From assembly GCA_017501665.1 (NCBI GenBank), contig JAFVWM010000038.1, positions 69,252-133,251 of the forward strand: 64,000 nt of DNA, given 5' to 3'. The stretch is from Alphaproteobacteria bacterium (lineage in GTDB: Bacteria > Pseudomonadota > Alphaproteobacteria > RF32 > CAG-239). Position numbers and translations under genes: made by a program. Shown here one piece after another: positions 31,094 to 41,066 of this stretch. The notes under the pieces were generated by a model, which did no database searches, was not told where the DNA came from, and was given only the letters and a program-made list of their open reading frames with translations. Position 1 is the first letter of the stretch, and each line of letters starts with the position of its first letter.

Positions 31094-31537
31094 ATGAAAT
31101 ATTTTGCTTTTGCCATAGGTTTATTTGCTATTTGTACCATTGCCGTAGCACAAGAAAACGATATGTTACAAACCGAGCTGGAGGAAGAATATTATCAAAG
31201 GCTTAATGCCTCACCGGACAAATCACGAATATACATTTTTTTTAATAACGAGCCATGTCCTAATTGTCCGCAAGCTATTGAAATGATTGAAGAAGCATAT
31301 AATCAAAACTATCTCAACAACTATGAACTTTTTTTGATAAACTATGATGAAGATGCCAATTCAGGCTTTATTGAGGAATATAATTTGACTAATCCTTTAG
31401 AGGTGGTGATGGTTGATATTGAAAATGCGACTCCGATAGGTTTTCAAAAAATTGAGGGTTTGCAAAATATGATTAATAATCCCGAAGCTTTTAATCAGTT
31501 TTTTACCACACAGGTCAACGGATATTTACAAAATTGA
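31094..31537 (+). CDS. Secreted thioredoxin-like protein.
   Basis: Signal peptide 'MKYFAFAIGLFAICTIAVA' and a 'CPNCP' redox-type motif. Confidence 0.5.
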   Translation: MKYFAFAIGLFAICTIAVAQENDMLQTELEEEYYQRLNASPDKSRIYIFFNNEPCPNCPQAIEMIEEAYNQNYLNNYELFLINYDEDANSGFIEEYNLTNPLEVVMVDIENATPIGFQKIEGLQNMINNPEAFNQFFTTQVNGYLQN

Positions 31538-31836
31538 TAATATTTTTGTGATTTTAATGAGTTAAAGCATGTTTTTTGTCAAAAAGTATTGCCAGTTGAT
31601 GAAAAACATGCTATTATTAAAATGCAAAATTATTTTTTATTGATCATTATTTGAACTATTATTAAAAATTAAGGGATTTTTATAAAGACGATAGCGTTTG
31701 TCTTTAGAAAGATATGCCTATTTGTTAAAAATTTTTTTAATTTTATTTTAGTTTTATGCGGTTAATAAAAAAATTGCCCTTACATTAGCGTATGTGAGGT
31801 AAGAAAAGAATGTTTAATTAAAAAAAATTAAAAAAA

Positions 31837-33675
31837 ATGAAAAAATTATTATTATTCATTGTTGCTATAACGATAGTTATGGCAACAGCTTGTCGCCACC
31901 CACTGAATGATCCATTTGGCGAGTGGACAAAATTGGAAGGCAACGAGGAGTTGCCAACAATAGTTGATACCGTATCAATTGTTGATACAGTGTCAATTGT
32001 TGATACAGTGTCAATTATTGATACTATCTTTATCGACAATGTTATAGTCATAGACAGTATCATATACATCACTGTTACAGACACTGTTACAGTGATTGAT
32101 ACAATTAACAATGAAATAATCATTGTTGATACGGTATTTGTCGAGACAGTCTTCGACTGTTTCGGAATCGATAGAAACGGCTATATTGTTGCCACGTCAA
32201 CCGACGGTGACGATTATACGATTTCGTATAATGTTACGGTCGACGTGACCGGTGACGTGTTCTTTGATCAGCCGAGCGAAGAGCCGTTTACGTTGGATAA
32301 ACAATCATCATTATTTGAGAATGATCACGCTTACTTCAAAGTAAGTAAGGGCGATCAAGAGTTTAATCTTCCTGTATATGTCAGGGGAGCGAACTCAGTT
32401 ATCATCAATGATGAATTGGTTAAGCCGTGTAATCCATTTTCTGTATCGGCAAATGTAAATCCAAAACCGGATACTGAAATTGACGGAGAATTGTACGAAA
32501 CTGCTGAGGTTACGTATGTATTCCGAAACGGAGAAAATGTGCCTATCGCCACGGCGTTACAGCGCGTTTATGCGCCAAAACCAGAGGGCGAAGAACCGGA
32601 AGATCCGGAAGAACCGGAAGAGCCGGAGAATGAAAGAATAGTTACAATTGAACACAGCACACAAGGAGGTGTGTTGGTTGTAACAGGCGTTATCGACAAC
32701 ACTATTTATGGTGACACCATTGCAGAGGTAATGATACCATTATCTTTGGCATTGGAATGCCAAAATAGAGTTGTTGTTGAAGGAAATTCTTTCAACTTCA
32801 GCTTGAACGGAAGTTGTTTCTCTGTCAACAAACAAGTTTTGAACTCACTCCAAAGTGAGAACAATGGAATGGTTGTTGAGTATGAGAATGTCGAAGAAAC
32901 ATTCCATCAAGATTACACTGCTTGCGGAAACATTGTGACTGCCGAGCAAAAAGTTTTTTATAATAACAACTTTAAAGTGAATTTTGGTGGAGAAACAAGA
33001 GATATAGTGATACCTCTTACAGTTTCTTCCGGAGCACCAACACTCGGTTCAACCGAAGTGATAGAAAATGAGGCACATAAATTAGCAACAGTGCCTTATA
33101 CTGCAACAATGGCAGAAATGACGGCATCAGCTTCGCAAGAAGTTGAGATGATTATTAGAGCGATAAGCTTTGATGGTCAAAGAGTCGTTGAAGCATATAG
33201 AACACTGTCAACAAACAGCCATACAAGTTGGTTCGTTTATGACTGCGTTTTAGCAGTAACGAATGATGGTGCCGACCATTACTATCACTATCGTGAGATA
33301 GTTAATGGTGTTGAAGGAGCATGGATTTCCGAGAAATTAACCGATGAAAATTATGCCTTTATTACCAATAAGGCATATTTCAACGGTCACGGGAAATATG
33401 GTTTAGCCATATACTATCATAAAAATTATAGTGGACCTTTCGTTGGTGTTGTAACCGACGACATCGGAGGTTCCTATAATGAGGTCGTCTATCACGCCTT
33501 CGGCAAGGAGCAGAAAACCGTTACGGCATCTCGTTTTGCAGTATTCGGTGAGTTAAATACGGCAATCGCAGGTTCATCGGTTGAGGAAAATGGCCTCATC
33601 AAGATGACCTGTCAGGAAGTAACATTAAATGAGACTCAGGTACTTTCGAATGCCGGAACAGTTTATTTTTATTAA
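31837..33675 (+). CDS. Putative lipoprotein with N-terminal (IVDTVS)n and Ile/Val/Asp/Thr-rich repeats and a (PEEPEE) acidic linker.
   Basis: Lipobox 'IVMATAC'; 612-aa ORF; no recognised homology. Confidence 0.55.
   Translation: MKKLLLFIVAITIVMATACRHPLNDPFGEWTKLEGNEELPTIVDTVSIVDTVSIVDTVSIIDTIFIDNVIVIDSIIYITVTDTVTVIDTINNEIIIVDTVFVETVFDCFGIDRNGYIVATSTDGDDYTISYNVTVDVTGDVFFDQPSEEPFTLDKQSSLFENDHAYFKVSKGDQEFNLPVYVRGANSVIINDELVKPCNPFSVSANVNPKPDTEIDGELYETAEVTYVFRNGENVPIATALQRVYAPKPEGEEPEDPEEPEEPENERIVTIEHSTQGGVLVVTGVIDNTIYGDTIAEVMIPLSLALECQNRVVVEGNSFNFSLNGSCFSVNKQVLNSLQSENNGMVVEYENVEETFHQDYTACGNIVTAEQKVFYNNNFKVNFGGETRDIVIPLTVSSGAPTLGSTEVIENEAHKLATVPYTATMAEMTASASQEVEMIIRAISFDGQRVVEAYRTLSTNSHTSWFVYDCVLAVTNDGADHYYHYREIVNGVEGAWISEKLTDENYAFITNKAYFNGHGKYGLAIYYHKNYSGPFVGVVTDDIGGSYNEVVYHAFGKEQKTVTASRFAVFGELNTAIAGSSVEENGLIKMTCQEVTLNETQVLSNAGTVYFY
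31969..32040 (+). repeat. 18-nt tandem repeat (3.5 units) inside the lipoprotein gene.
   Basis: 'gttgata c(c/a)gt(a/g)tcaatt' x3, then 'attgatactatc'. Confidence 0.8.
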
Positions 33676-33741
33676 TGTTTATTAACCAACCGACCGCTTG
33701 CAAATTTGTTTTGTGAGCAGGTCGGTATAAAACTAAAAAAA

Positions 33742-34863
33742 ATGAGTAAAAAATTTATAATAGCGCTGATTATAATTATCGGCGCAACAAATAATTTGTT
33801 TGCCCAAAGAGGTAGACAAGCAGGCAATGGCAATAGAAACTTACGTGAAAACAACGCCACAACACTCCTTGGAGTGAACGGCGTTTATAAACAAAACGGC
33901 GACAGCGCTTTTGGCGCCGGATTAAGTGTAACCAATCTTTATGATTGGTTCCACTTCGGAACATCTGTTGATTATTCAAAAGGATGTTTCGCCGGCAAAT
34001 TCCAAATCGGACCAGCTATCTGGTTTGGAAATTTCTACGGAGCTCTTTCCTTAGACATGGGCTTAGCTCAATGTCTAAGAATTGAAGAATACGTCAATGA
34101 GAATACTCTTGACGTATTCAAGACGAGAACTCCGGCGCCAAAAATGACGCTGGGCGGATCGGTTAGAATGGGATTCGTTTTTGAGCGCGTTGGTATCCAA
34201 GCAAGAGTATCTTATGACAATGCAAACGGATACAAACGCGGAACGATGTTGGGAGAGCCTTGGGTCTTAAGATCCAGCATCGAAAACGAAAATATTATCA
34301 CCGCAGAACTTGGCATAAGCCTTGTTTTGGGAAGTAACGAAATTCGATACTCCGGTGATAATTGTTATGAATTTAGTGGTTTCGGAGGAATATCGTCTTA
34401 TGGCGTATTTTTCGGTTCGGAACTGCTTAAGTTTGAAAGAACCGGATACTCGGTCGGTCAAAGCTATGGCGGTTTTGCCAGTTTCTATTTAGGAAACGGT
34501 AACGCCGAGCTTGGTGGCAAATATATGTTTAATTGGTACCCCGGCGGTTCCAATAGCATATATACCGGCTCTATTGGTGCTGAGTTGGCCATGGGTCAAT
34601 ATAAGCGTCAATGGAATGGTGCTGCCGACGATCCCGAGCGTTTTTCTGTCAAAGCACGTAATTATGCGTTTGGCGGACGCTTTGCCGGTGTTGTAGAACC
34701 TGTTGCGTTACAGCTGGGACAATTTAAGGTCTCGGCTTTCGGAAGCATCGGCTATGCCGTATGGATTCCTGTAAAAGCAACTGGAAACCTCGGCTATGAG
34801 ACATCATCCGAAAATTCCGGTTTATACTGGAATATGGGAGCAAAGCTGTCGATAGCCTTATAA
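33742..34863 (+). CDS. Secreted Gly/aromatic-rich protein, probably an outer-membrane beta-barrel.
   Basis: Signal peptide 'MSKKFIIALIIIIGATNNLFAQ'; alternating beta-strand-like segments with many G, Y and F residues. Confidence 0.5.
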   Translation: MSKKFIIALIIIIGATNNLFAQRGRQAGNGNRNLRENNATTLLGVNGVYKQNGDSAFGAGLSVTNLYDWFHFGTSVDYSKGCFAGKFQIGPAIWFGNFYGALSLDMGLAQCLRIEEYVNENTLDVFKTRTPAPKMTLGGSVRMGFVFERVGIQARVSYDNANGYKRGTMLGEPWVLRSSIENENIITAELGISLVLGSNEIRYSGDNCYEFSGFGGISSYGVFFGSELLKFERTGYSVGQSYGGFASFYLGNGNAELGGKYMFNWYPGGSNSIYTGSIGAELAMGQYKRQWNGAADDPERFSVKARNYAFGGRFAGVVEPVALQLGQFKVSAFGSIGYAVWIPVKATGNLGYETSSENSGLYWNMGAKLSIAL

Positions 34864-34945
34864 TACAATCCCTTAAAAAAAAGAGCTGACACGTTATGTT
34901 GTCGGCTCTTTTTTTTGTTTTTGTGATACAATATAGTAATATTTT

Positions 34946-37900
34946 TTACCATGCATCGTCGTAAGGCAAGCTTGGGTCGTTGACTTGCTTGGCCCAGCCT
35001 TCACCTTTACCGGCGTTTTCGAGGGTAGGGTCAACAGGTTCTCTATTCAAAGTATTAGGATCGCGAAAAGTGTTAGAATTCAGCTGGTTATAATTTAGGA
35101 CAGGGCTTTCAATGTTATTGGAATCCCATCTGTTACCTGCGGTGGGCGCAAAAGCGCAATAAGTGGTAACGATAGAAGCCATTTCGTGGGCGTATACAGG
35201 AAAGATGTTCCAGTGTAATGCATCAGGGTCGGCACCATAGAGTCCTGTATCATCGAGAAGATCTGTATAATCGTTCGGTTTATATAAGAAACCCATTAAA
35301 ATATGCCAGCCATCTGTGCTACCATCGGAGCTATCGTGAGGTAAAACAGAAGAATTTAGCCATGTATTTGTTTGAAAAGTTATTGGTGTTGCCGAAGTTT
35401 TATGTTTGTGCGGGGTTGTCGTGGCTAATTCCTCTTTAATACTGAAAAAAGCTTCTTTGGGGTTGTGATGTTTTTTGAAATAATAGGAGAATCTTTCATC
35501 AGCGGTAGGTGGTGTATCGCTTTCATCCATTTGAGATTTTAAGTCTTTGATAATTATGTTGTATTTTTTCTCGTCCAAAATATCCTCAAGATCGTTATCT
35601 TGATCGTCGTCGATGTCATGTAAATAGTAAACTTCGGACATACGCCATCTGATAGGGTTATTAGTGACAACTGCTAAATAATGTTCAGGGCATTGTGGTT
35701 TAGGGACAAATCCCAACCAAGGCGATGCCACGCAATCGGCATTTTGGCAAGAATATATTTCGCAATCAGGATTTGGTGTTCCTGTATTATCTATTGGTAC
35801 GCAAGATGTGTTACCAGTGACGTTATTTGCTTTAATGACGCCGGCCTTTACTGCGCCTTTTTCTATCGGTATTACATCCCAGATGAGAGCATCGCTATTT
35901 AGTCCGGATACCCACTCGTTCTGTATATTGAAACCTTCATTTTCAGAATAACCTGCATGATAAGTGTTATCCCCGACGTAGATGCCTTTTATGATATAAT
36001 CGGATAAAATATCACTAAGACGAGCACCGCCTCGTGAGGCCAGTTTTATATCATTCATAATAGAGGTATAGGCAGGGTTTACCTGATAGTAATCGTAAGG
36101 ATGCGCTACATCGTGTCCATCATATGTAGCTCCATCGAAGTGCGGATGATCATAATAAGGAATATCACTGACTAAACGTCGAGCGCGGATAAAGCCGGCT
36201 TTAGTACCGTCATTAGCTCCTGATGTTCCGTAGTCGGAAGGTGGGGCAAGTTCAATGTAGCCGTTGCGGGAAATGATAACTTTTTGATTACTTTGTGGGG
36301 TTAAAGGATTAGTGATCGGATTGTCTCTGTTTCCACCACTGTCTGTTAAATTTTCACCTATGGCAAGACCGCCATTGTCAAGGAAAAAATCTGCTGCACT
36401 AACCCTAAATTTATCAGTATTAAGCTCGAAGTTATCGCTATCAACTGTTAATTTGTTCGAAGCGTCCAAAAATAGCGATGCAGTGGTATCAGGACTATCA
36501 GTACTGTTTTTGCTAAAACCAAAAGTTTCAGGGCTAAGAAAGAGCTTAGTATACATATCATTGTTGTTGCCAGATTCAATGTAAGTATCTCCTGAATTAA
36601 TTGCCAATCTATCTTTTCCATTATGTTTTAACTGAGCGACCGGGGCTCCTGATTTTTTTATAATAAACTGGGTATCATCTGTTTTCATGCTAATAGAATT
36701 GTTTGTAGCATCAGAGATAAATTCTCCTGCATTAGATCCTAATCGGGCAAAGGTTTTGTTGTCAGGATCATTAGACAATTCCATAAAAACATTGCCAGTT
36801 GGATTTTTCAATAAAGTTTGATTTTCGGTCATAGAAAGTTGGGATCCTGCTGAATTTGCTATGTTAACGTTAAATTCGCTACCATTGAAAGAAGCTTTAT
36901 CACTGTTAACATTAAATGTGTTGCTGTCAACCTTCATTACTGATGGGCTATCGGGGGTGTTACCGACGGTTAGTTGGGTTTCGGCATGTAAGTTGTTGGA
37001 AATTAAAGTTCCCTCTATGGTTAGATCACCACCAACAGTTGCATCGTTAGTGACGGCTAAGGATGTAAGATCGGTTTCACCGGCAGACAGTTCGTTTAAT
37101 TTTGTGGCGCCGGTAACATCTAAGGTTGAGTCGAGAGTTGTGGCGCCGATTACCTTTAAGGTTGAGTCGAGAGTTGTTGCTCCGTCAACATCTAAGGTTG
37201 ATTTGAGAGTTGTTGCTCCGTCAACATCTAAGATTCCTTTAACAGATGCATCGGCCAAGGTTGTTAATCCGGTTACATTTAAGGTTGATCCGAGAGTTGT
37301 GGCGCCGCTTACCTTTAAGGCTGAGCTGAGAGTTGTATCGCCGCTTACCCCTAAGGTTGAGCTAATCTTGGCTGCACCCTTAACAACCAAATTATCACTA
37401 TCATCACTACCTATTGTAAGTTCTCCGCCTTGACCGAATAATGCATTGATGTCTTGGATGTCATGGCTTCCCATTATCAAATTGGTTTCCATAGTATTCT
37501 TTACTGGATCATCATCATTAACACGATAGAGTAATTTTGAAGTATTGGCGGTGGCTGATTCGGCAATCGCCTCATTAGAAATAGACATCAATGAACCGGT
37601 CTTCAAATCAGTCGAAGGGACCTCAAACCATTCTTGCGGATTAGCACGCCATGCACCTTGCGCACCCACAAACCTATCTTCTTTTATCGTACCGCCGTTA
37701 ATGCCTATCATTGAAGCAATTTTGGAAGCACGATTGAATGTTATCGGATTGAGTGACGGGGCTAAAACAGCTGTTGTGTATACACTGCGCGTTTTACCGG
37801 TCATATCTGTATCATCTTCACGCTTTATCGAAAATTTTAAATTATTGGCATCAAAATATTTTGACTGCGAAAGATTGAAACCCGCCGGCAAATAAGCATT

Positions 37901-38188
37901 TACCCCTTTCACAATATCATTGGAAGAGTCTGTTGCAGTTACGATTTCATACTCTCCATTATCAACCAAGGTCGGAAGATCGTTATAGTTGTTGCGTACA
38001 TAATTATCCAAAGCCTCATTTAGTGTACGCATTTGAGTTGCAATGTTAATATCTTGTAACTCGGTGGTACGCTCTGCGGCTTTTTTGTACATAACAGGTG
38101 TAACCATCGTAATAAGCCCGAGCAAAGCCAAAGCTTCAACCATTAAGCTACCTCTTTGCAAAACTTTATACATATCTTGTTTTTTCAT
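34946..38188 (-). CDS. Giant (1080 aa) protein with a type IV prepilin-like N-terminus, a beta-helix-like repeat region and a C-terminal Cys-containing globular domain; possible pilin-fused adhesin.
   Basis: N-terminal 'MKKQDMYKVLQRG|SLMVEALALLGLITMVTPV' has a short basic leader ending in Gly, Glu at +5 and a 20-aa hydrophobic helix. This is a class III (prepilin peptidase) signal. Repeats of the 'GATTLDSTLDVTG' type occur at about aa 280-370. Confidence 0.6.
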   Translation of the reverse strand: MKKQDMYKVLQRGSLMVEALALLGLITMVTPVMYKKAAERTTELQDINIATQMRTLNEALDNYVRNNYNDLPTLVDNGEYEIVTATDSSNDIVKGVNAYLPAGFNLSQSKYFDANNLKFSIKREDDTDMTGKTRSVYTTAVLAPSLNPITFNRASKIASMIGINGGTIKEDRFVGAQGAWRANPQEWFEVPSTDLKTGSLMSISNEAIAESATANTSKLLYRVNDDDPVKNTMETNLIMGSHDIQDINALFGQGGELTIGSDDSDNLVVKGAAKISSTLGVSGDTTLSSALKVSGATTLGSTLNVTGLTTLADASVKGILDVDGATTLKSTLDVDGATTLDSTLKVIGATTLDSTLDVTGATKLNELSAGETDLTSLAVTNDATVGGDLTIEGTLISNNLHAETQLTVGNTPDSPSVMKVDSNTFNVNSDKASFNGSEFNVNIANSAGSQLSMTENQTLLKNPTGNVFMELSNDPDNKTFARLGSNAGEFISDATNNSISMKTDDTQFIIKKSGAPVAQLKHNGKDRLAINSGDTYIESGNNNDMYTKLFLSPETFGFSKNSTDSPDTTASLFLDASNKLTVDSDNFELNTDKFRVSAADFFLDNGGLAIGENLTDSGGNRDNPITNPLTPQSNQKVIISRNGYIELAPPSDYGTSGANDGTKAGFIRARRLVSDIPYYDHPHFDGATYDGHDVAHPYDYYQVNPAYTSIMNDIKLASRGGARLSDILSDYIIKGIYVGDNTYHAGYSENEGFNIQNEWVSGLNSDALIWDVIPIEKGAVKAGVIKANNVTGNTSCVPIDNTGTPNPDCEIYSCQNADCVASPWLGFVPKPQCPEHYLAVVTNNPIRWRMSEVYYLHDIDDDQDNDLEDILDEKKYNIIIKDLKSQMDESDTPPTADERFSYYFKKHHNPKEAFFSIKEELATTTPHKHKTSATPITFQTNTWLNSSVLPHDSSDGSTDGWHILMGFLYKPNDYTDLLDDTGLYGADPDALHWNIFPVYAHEMASIVTTYCAFAPTAGNRWDSNNIESPVLNYNQLNSNTFRDPNTLNREPVDPTLENAGKGEGWAKQVNDPSLPYDDAW

Positions 38189-38200
38189 AACGCACCTACC

Positions 38201-38896
38201 TTACAGCTTGCTGACATATGCAATACATGAACCGTTGTAATTTGTATTACAATTAGCCGATATTTCATTCCACATATCATCAGGAATTGTATACACGGGT
38301 GTTCCCTGATAATTTATAATTTCTTTTTCTTCACCGTTTTCTCTTATATAACCGACCCATTCATCATACCCGAAGTGATTTCTGAAAGCCTTTATTACAT
38401 CATCGTTCGGCGTAACCACAGTTTTTTCGGTACCTCCAGCAGTAGCAATTTCTTGTGTGGCCAGCCACCTTATATGCAAATCGCCATATGTGATCAAAAG
38501 TCTTGTTTTTGGGTTATCAGTAACATCATGACACTCATCTGCATGAGATTCGTCCTTGTTGTAACAAAAAATTTGTGATGTATACTCCTCACTACGCACA
38601 AAACCGTTGGGAATATAATCATCCAATTCTTCAGGGTCTATAGAACCCGGAGTAAATCCAATTCGTTTATCTGGATCGCACTCTGTAACAGTGTCGCCTT
38701 CAGCAGTACCGGCGCAATAATACGGCCATTTCAATTTTCTGGCATATTTTAATGCAACTCGATGATTTATTACCATTTTAACCATATGTGCCGACGCCAC
38801 CGGAACATTAACTTTTTCCGGAGTGTCGGACCTCATCGGCAATGAATATCCCGCCAAAATAGCCAAAAACGTAGATAATACCAGCCACATATACAT
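38201..38896 (-). CDS. Hypothetical Cys-containing exported protein, co-directional with and immediately upstream of the giant prepilin-like gene.
   Basis: N-terminal hydrophobic segment 'MYMWLVLSTFLAILAGYSLPM'; 13-nt gap to the downstream gene. Confidence 0.45.
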   Translation of the reverse strand: MYMWLVLSTFLAILAGYSLPMRSDTPEKVNVPVASAHMVKMVINHRVALKYARKLKWPYYCAGTAEGDTVTECDPDKRIGFTPGSIDPEELDDYIPNGFVRSEEYTSQIFCYNKDESHADECHDVTDNPKTRLLITYGDLHIRWLATQEIATAGGTEKTVVTPNDDVIKAFRNHFGYDEWVGYIRENGEEKEIINYQGTPVYTIPDDMWNEISANCNTNYNGSCIAYVSKL

Positions 38897-39095
38897 GTTT
38901 TATGCCCTACAAATTAAACATTATACTTCATTATAACATAAAAATTATTTCAATAATGTTAAATTTTGCTTTTTTTTAATTTATTTCATTTTTTTTTGTT
39001 AAAATATTTAATAACTGACAAATTTACGTTTATTTATAAAAATAATGAGCTAAAATATGCAAAAATAATGTTGGGTGTTAATTTAGTCGGATGGT

Positions 39096-39611
39096 TTGTT
39101 TTCTATGATCAATGACGATTTGGATGATATTGAAGAGATTATAGCTCCACCATATGCAAAGCGCAAAAAACTAATGCTTTTGTTGCTTCCTGCCGTTGTG
39201 GTAATCGGTGTTTCGGTGGGTTTGTATTTTGCGTTTAATAAGAAAAATGATACACGTGGAGTCGGATTTAATGTTATTCAATATAGCAAAGATTCTAAAG
39301 ATGATGCTACGGTTTTTTATGATTTGCCCGAAATAAAGGTCGATGTTAAGGGTAAGGATAGAAGGCATGCATTAAGATTGAAGCTTAATATTGAACTTTC
39401 GAGCGTTGATGATATTGGTGTTGTTCAGGCAATGAGCGCTCGTTTGATTAATGCGGTGTTAAGCCATGTGGTTGAATTGTATGTCGAAGAAGTTGAGGGT
39501 TCGACAGGGTTGTATTGGCTTAAGGAGGAGTTGCTTTATAGGTTTAATTTGGTGGCTTCGCCCATAAAGATTAAGAATCTTAATTTTAGTGTGTTTGAGT
39601 TGGAAAAATAA
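39096..39611 (+). CDS. fliL: Flagellar basal-body-associated protein FliL.
   Basis: Single TM helix, then 'KVDVKGKDRRHALRLKLNIELSS...LKEELLYRFN', the typical FliL architecture; directly upstream of fliM. Confidence 0.7.
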   Translation: MFSMINDDLDDIEEIIAPPYAKRKKLMLLLLPAVVVIGVSVGLYFAFNKKNDTRGVGFNVIQYSKDSKDDATVFYDLPEIKVDVKGKDRRHALRLKLNIELSSVDDIGVVQAMSARLINAVLSHVVELYVEEVEGSTGLYWLKEELLYRFNLVASPIKIKNLNFSVFELEK

Positions 39612-39629
39612 ATAAAAGGACAATTTTAA

Positions 39630-40631
39630 GTGGCTGAAAATAACGATGATATATTAGAAAATGAGGCTCAAGATTTTAGGGCGTTGAATCAGGAAGAGAT
39701 TGACGCTTTGTTGGGTTATGGATATTCTGATGAATATGAGACACATCAAAAAAACGGTCTTCAGGCTATTTTGCGAAGCAATATGGTGTCGTATGAACGA
39801 TTGCCAATGTTGGAGATTGTTTTTGATCGCCTTATTCGACTTTTGGCAACATCATTACGTAATTATGCACAAGATAACGTTGAGGTTGCCTTAGATTCTA
39901 TAGAGTCTATGCGTTTCGGTGAATATATCGATTCACTTACTTTGCCTACCTTGATAAGCGTTTTTAAGGCAGAGGAGTGGGATAATTATGGCTTGATAAC
40001 CATGGATAGTGCAATGATATATTCTATGGTTGATGTTTTGCTCGGAGGTCGTCATGGTACGGCGGCTATGCGTATTGAAGGACGTCCGTATACTCCGATC
40101 GAGCTTAATATTATTAAAGAAATTGTCCATATTATTTTGAATGATCTGTCGTCGGCTTTTGATCCGGTTACATCTATCGGATTTGCTTTTGACAGATTGG
40201 AAACGAATCCTCGTTTTGCTACAATTACCAGAATGTCGAATGCCGTAATAGTCGCACGTCTTCGTGTTGATATGGAGGATCGTGGCGGTAAAATAGATCT
40301 TATAATCCCGTATGCTTCTTTAGAGCCTGTTCGTGATTTGTTGGTTCAAATGTTTATGGGAGAAAGATTTGGTCGAGATGTAATTTGGGAAAACCATTTG
40401 ATGTCACAGCTGTGGGATACCAGTGTTGAAGTTAAAGCTGTTATTAAGGAAACTAAAGTTTTTCTTAGTGAGGTGTCGTCTTGGAAAAAAGGATCGTTCT
40501 TTCCGTTGGATATTTCGCCTTGCGATGATATATCTGTTTTGTGTGGTGATGTGCCTTTGTTTAACGGCGTTATGGGTAGAAAAGAGGATAATGTTGTGGT
40601 GAAAATTAACGGAAGGGCAGATAAAAAATGA
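39630..40631 (+). CDS. fliM: Flagellar motor switch protein FliM.
   Basis: GTG start after 'aaagga'. N-terminal 'LNQEEIDALLG' is the CheY-P-binding-like motif. A middle CheC-like domain and a C-terminal SpoA-like domain are present. Confidence 0.8.
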   Translation: MAENNDDILENEAQDFRALNQEEIDALLGYGYSDEYETHQKNGLQAILRSNMVSYERLPMLEIVFDRLIRLLATSLRNYAQDNVEVALDSIESMRFGEYIDSLTLPTLISVFKAEEWDNYGLITMDSAMIYSMVDVLLGGRHGTAAMRIEGRPYTPIELNIIKEIVHIILNDLSSAFDPVTSIGFAFDRLETNPRFATITRMSNAVIVARLRVDMEDRGGKIDLIIPYASLEPVRDLLVQMFMGERFGRDVIWENHLMSQLWDTSVEVKAVIKETKVFLSEVSSWKKGSFFPLDISPCDDISVLCGDVPLFNGVMGRKEDNVVVKINGRADKK

Positions 40632-41056
40632 ATAATTTGGAGTTTATTGTTGATATTGTTATTATAGCTCTGCTTATTCCGACAATTATATACGCATATA
40701 ATTTGAACAAGAGTCTTAATATGCTTCGCCAAAACCAAAAAAGTATGGCTCAGCTTATAAGTGCTTTGAATGAGGCTACATTTAAAGCTGAAAATTCTAT
40801 ACCTAAACTTAAATCGGTAACCGAACATTCTTCAGAAGGGTTGAAAGAAGTTGTTGATAATGCTAAAGAACTTAAAAATGATTTGTTGTTTATAAATGAA
40901 AGAGCTGATAGCTTGGCTGACAGATTGGAAAATGTTATAAGCTCTTCACGTAATATCGAAAATCGATCTGCAAAAAATATTGAAAATGTGGCTGATTCGG
41001 ATGACAGAGCTTCTGCCGAACTTGAATTGTTAAAAGCATTGCGCGCTATAAAATAA
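40628..41056 (+). CDS. Hypothetical single-TM coiled-coil protein in the flagellar operon.
   Basis: Translationally coupled to fliM ('ATGA' overlap); N-terminal TM helix 'FIVDIVIIALLIPTIIYAY'. Confidence 0.45.
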   Translation: MNNLEFIVDIVIIALLIPTIIYAYNLNKSLNMLRQNQKSMAQLISALNEATFKAENSIPKLKSVTEHSSEGLKEVVDNAKELKNDLLFINERADSLADRLENVISSSRNIENRSAKNIENVADSDDRASAELELLKALRAIK

Positions 41057-41066
41057 GGGAATACAA

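Noticed and set aside
36861-37895. 190-aa and 116-aa plus-strand ORFs opposite the giant prepilin-like gene
   Set aside because: They are antisense to a continuous 1080-codon ORF. Their repeat-like products ('RVVAPSTSKV...') merely mirror the sense-strand GATTL repeats.
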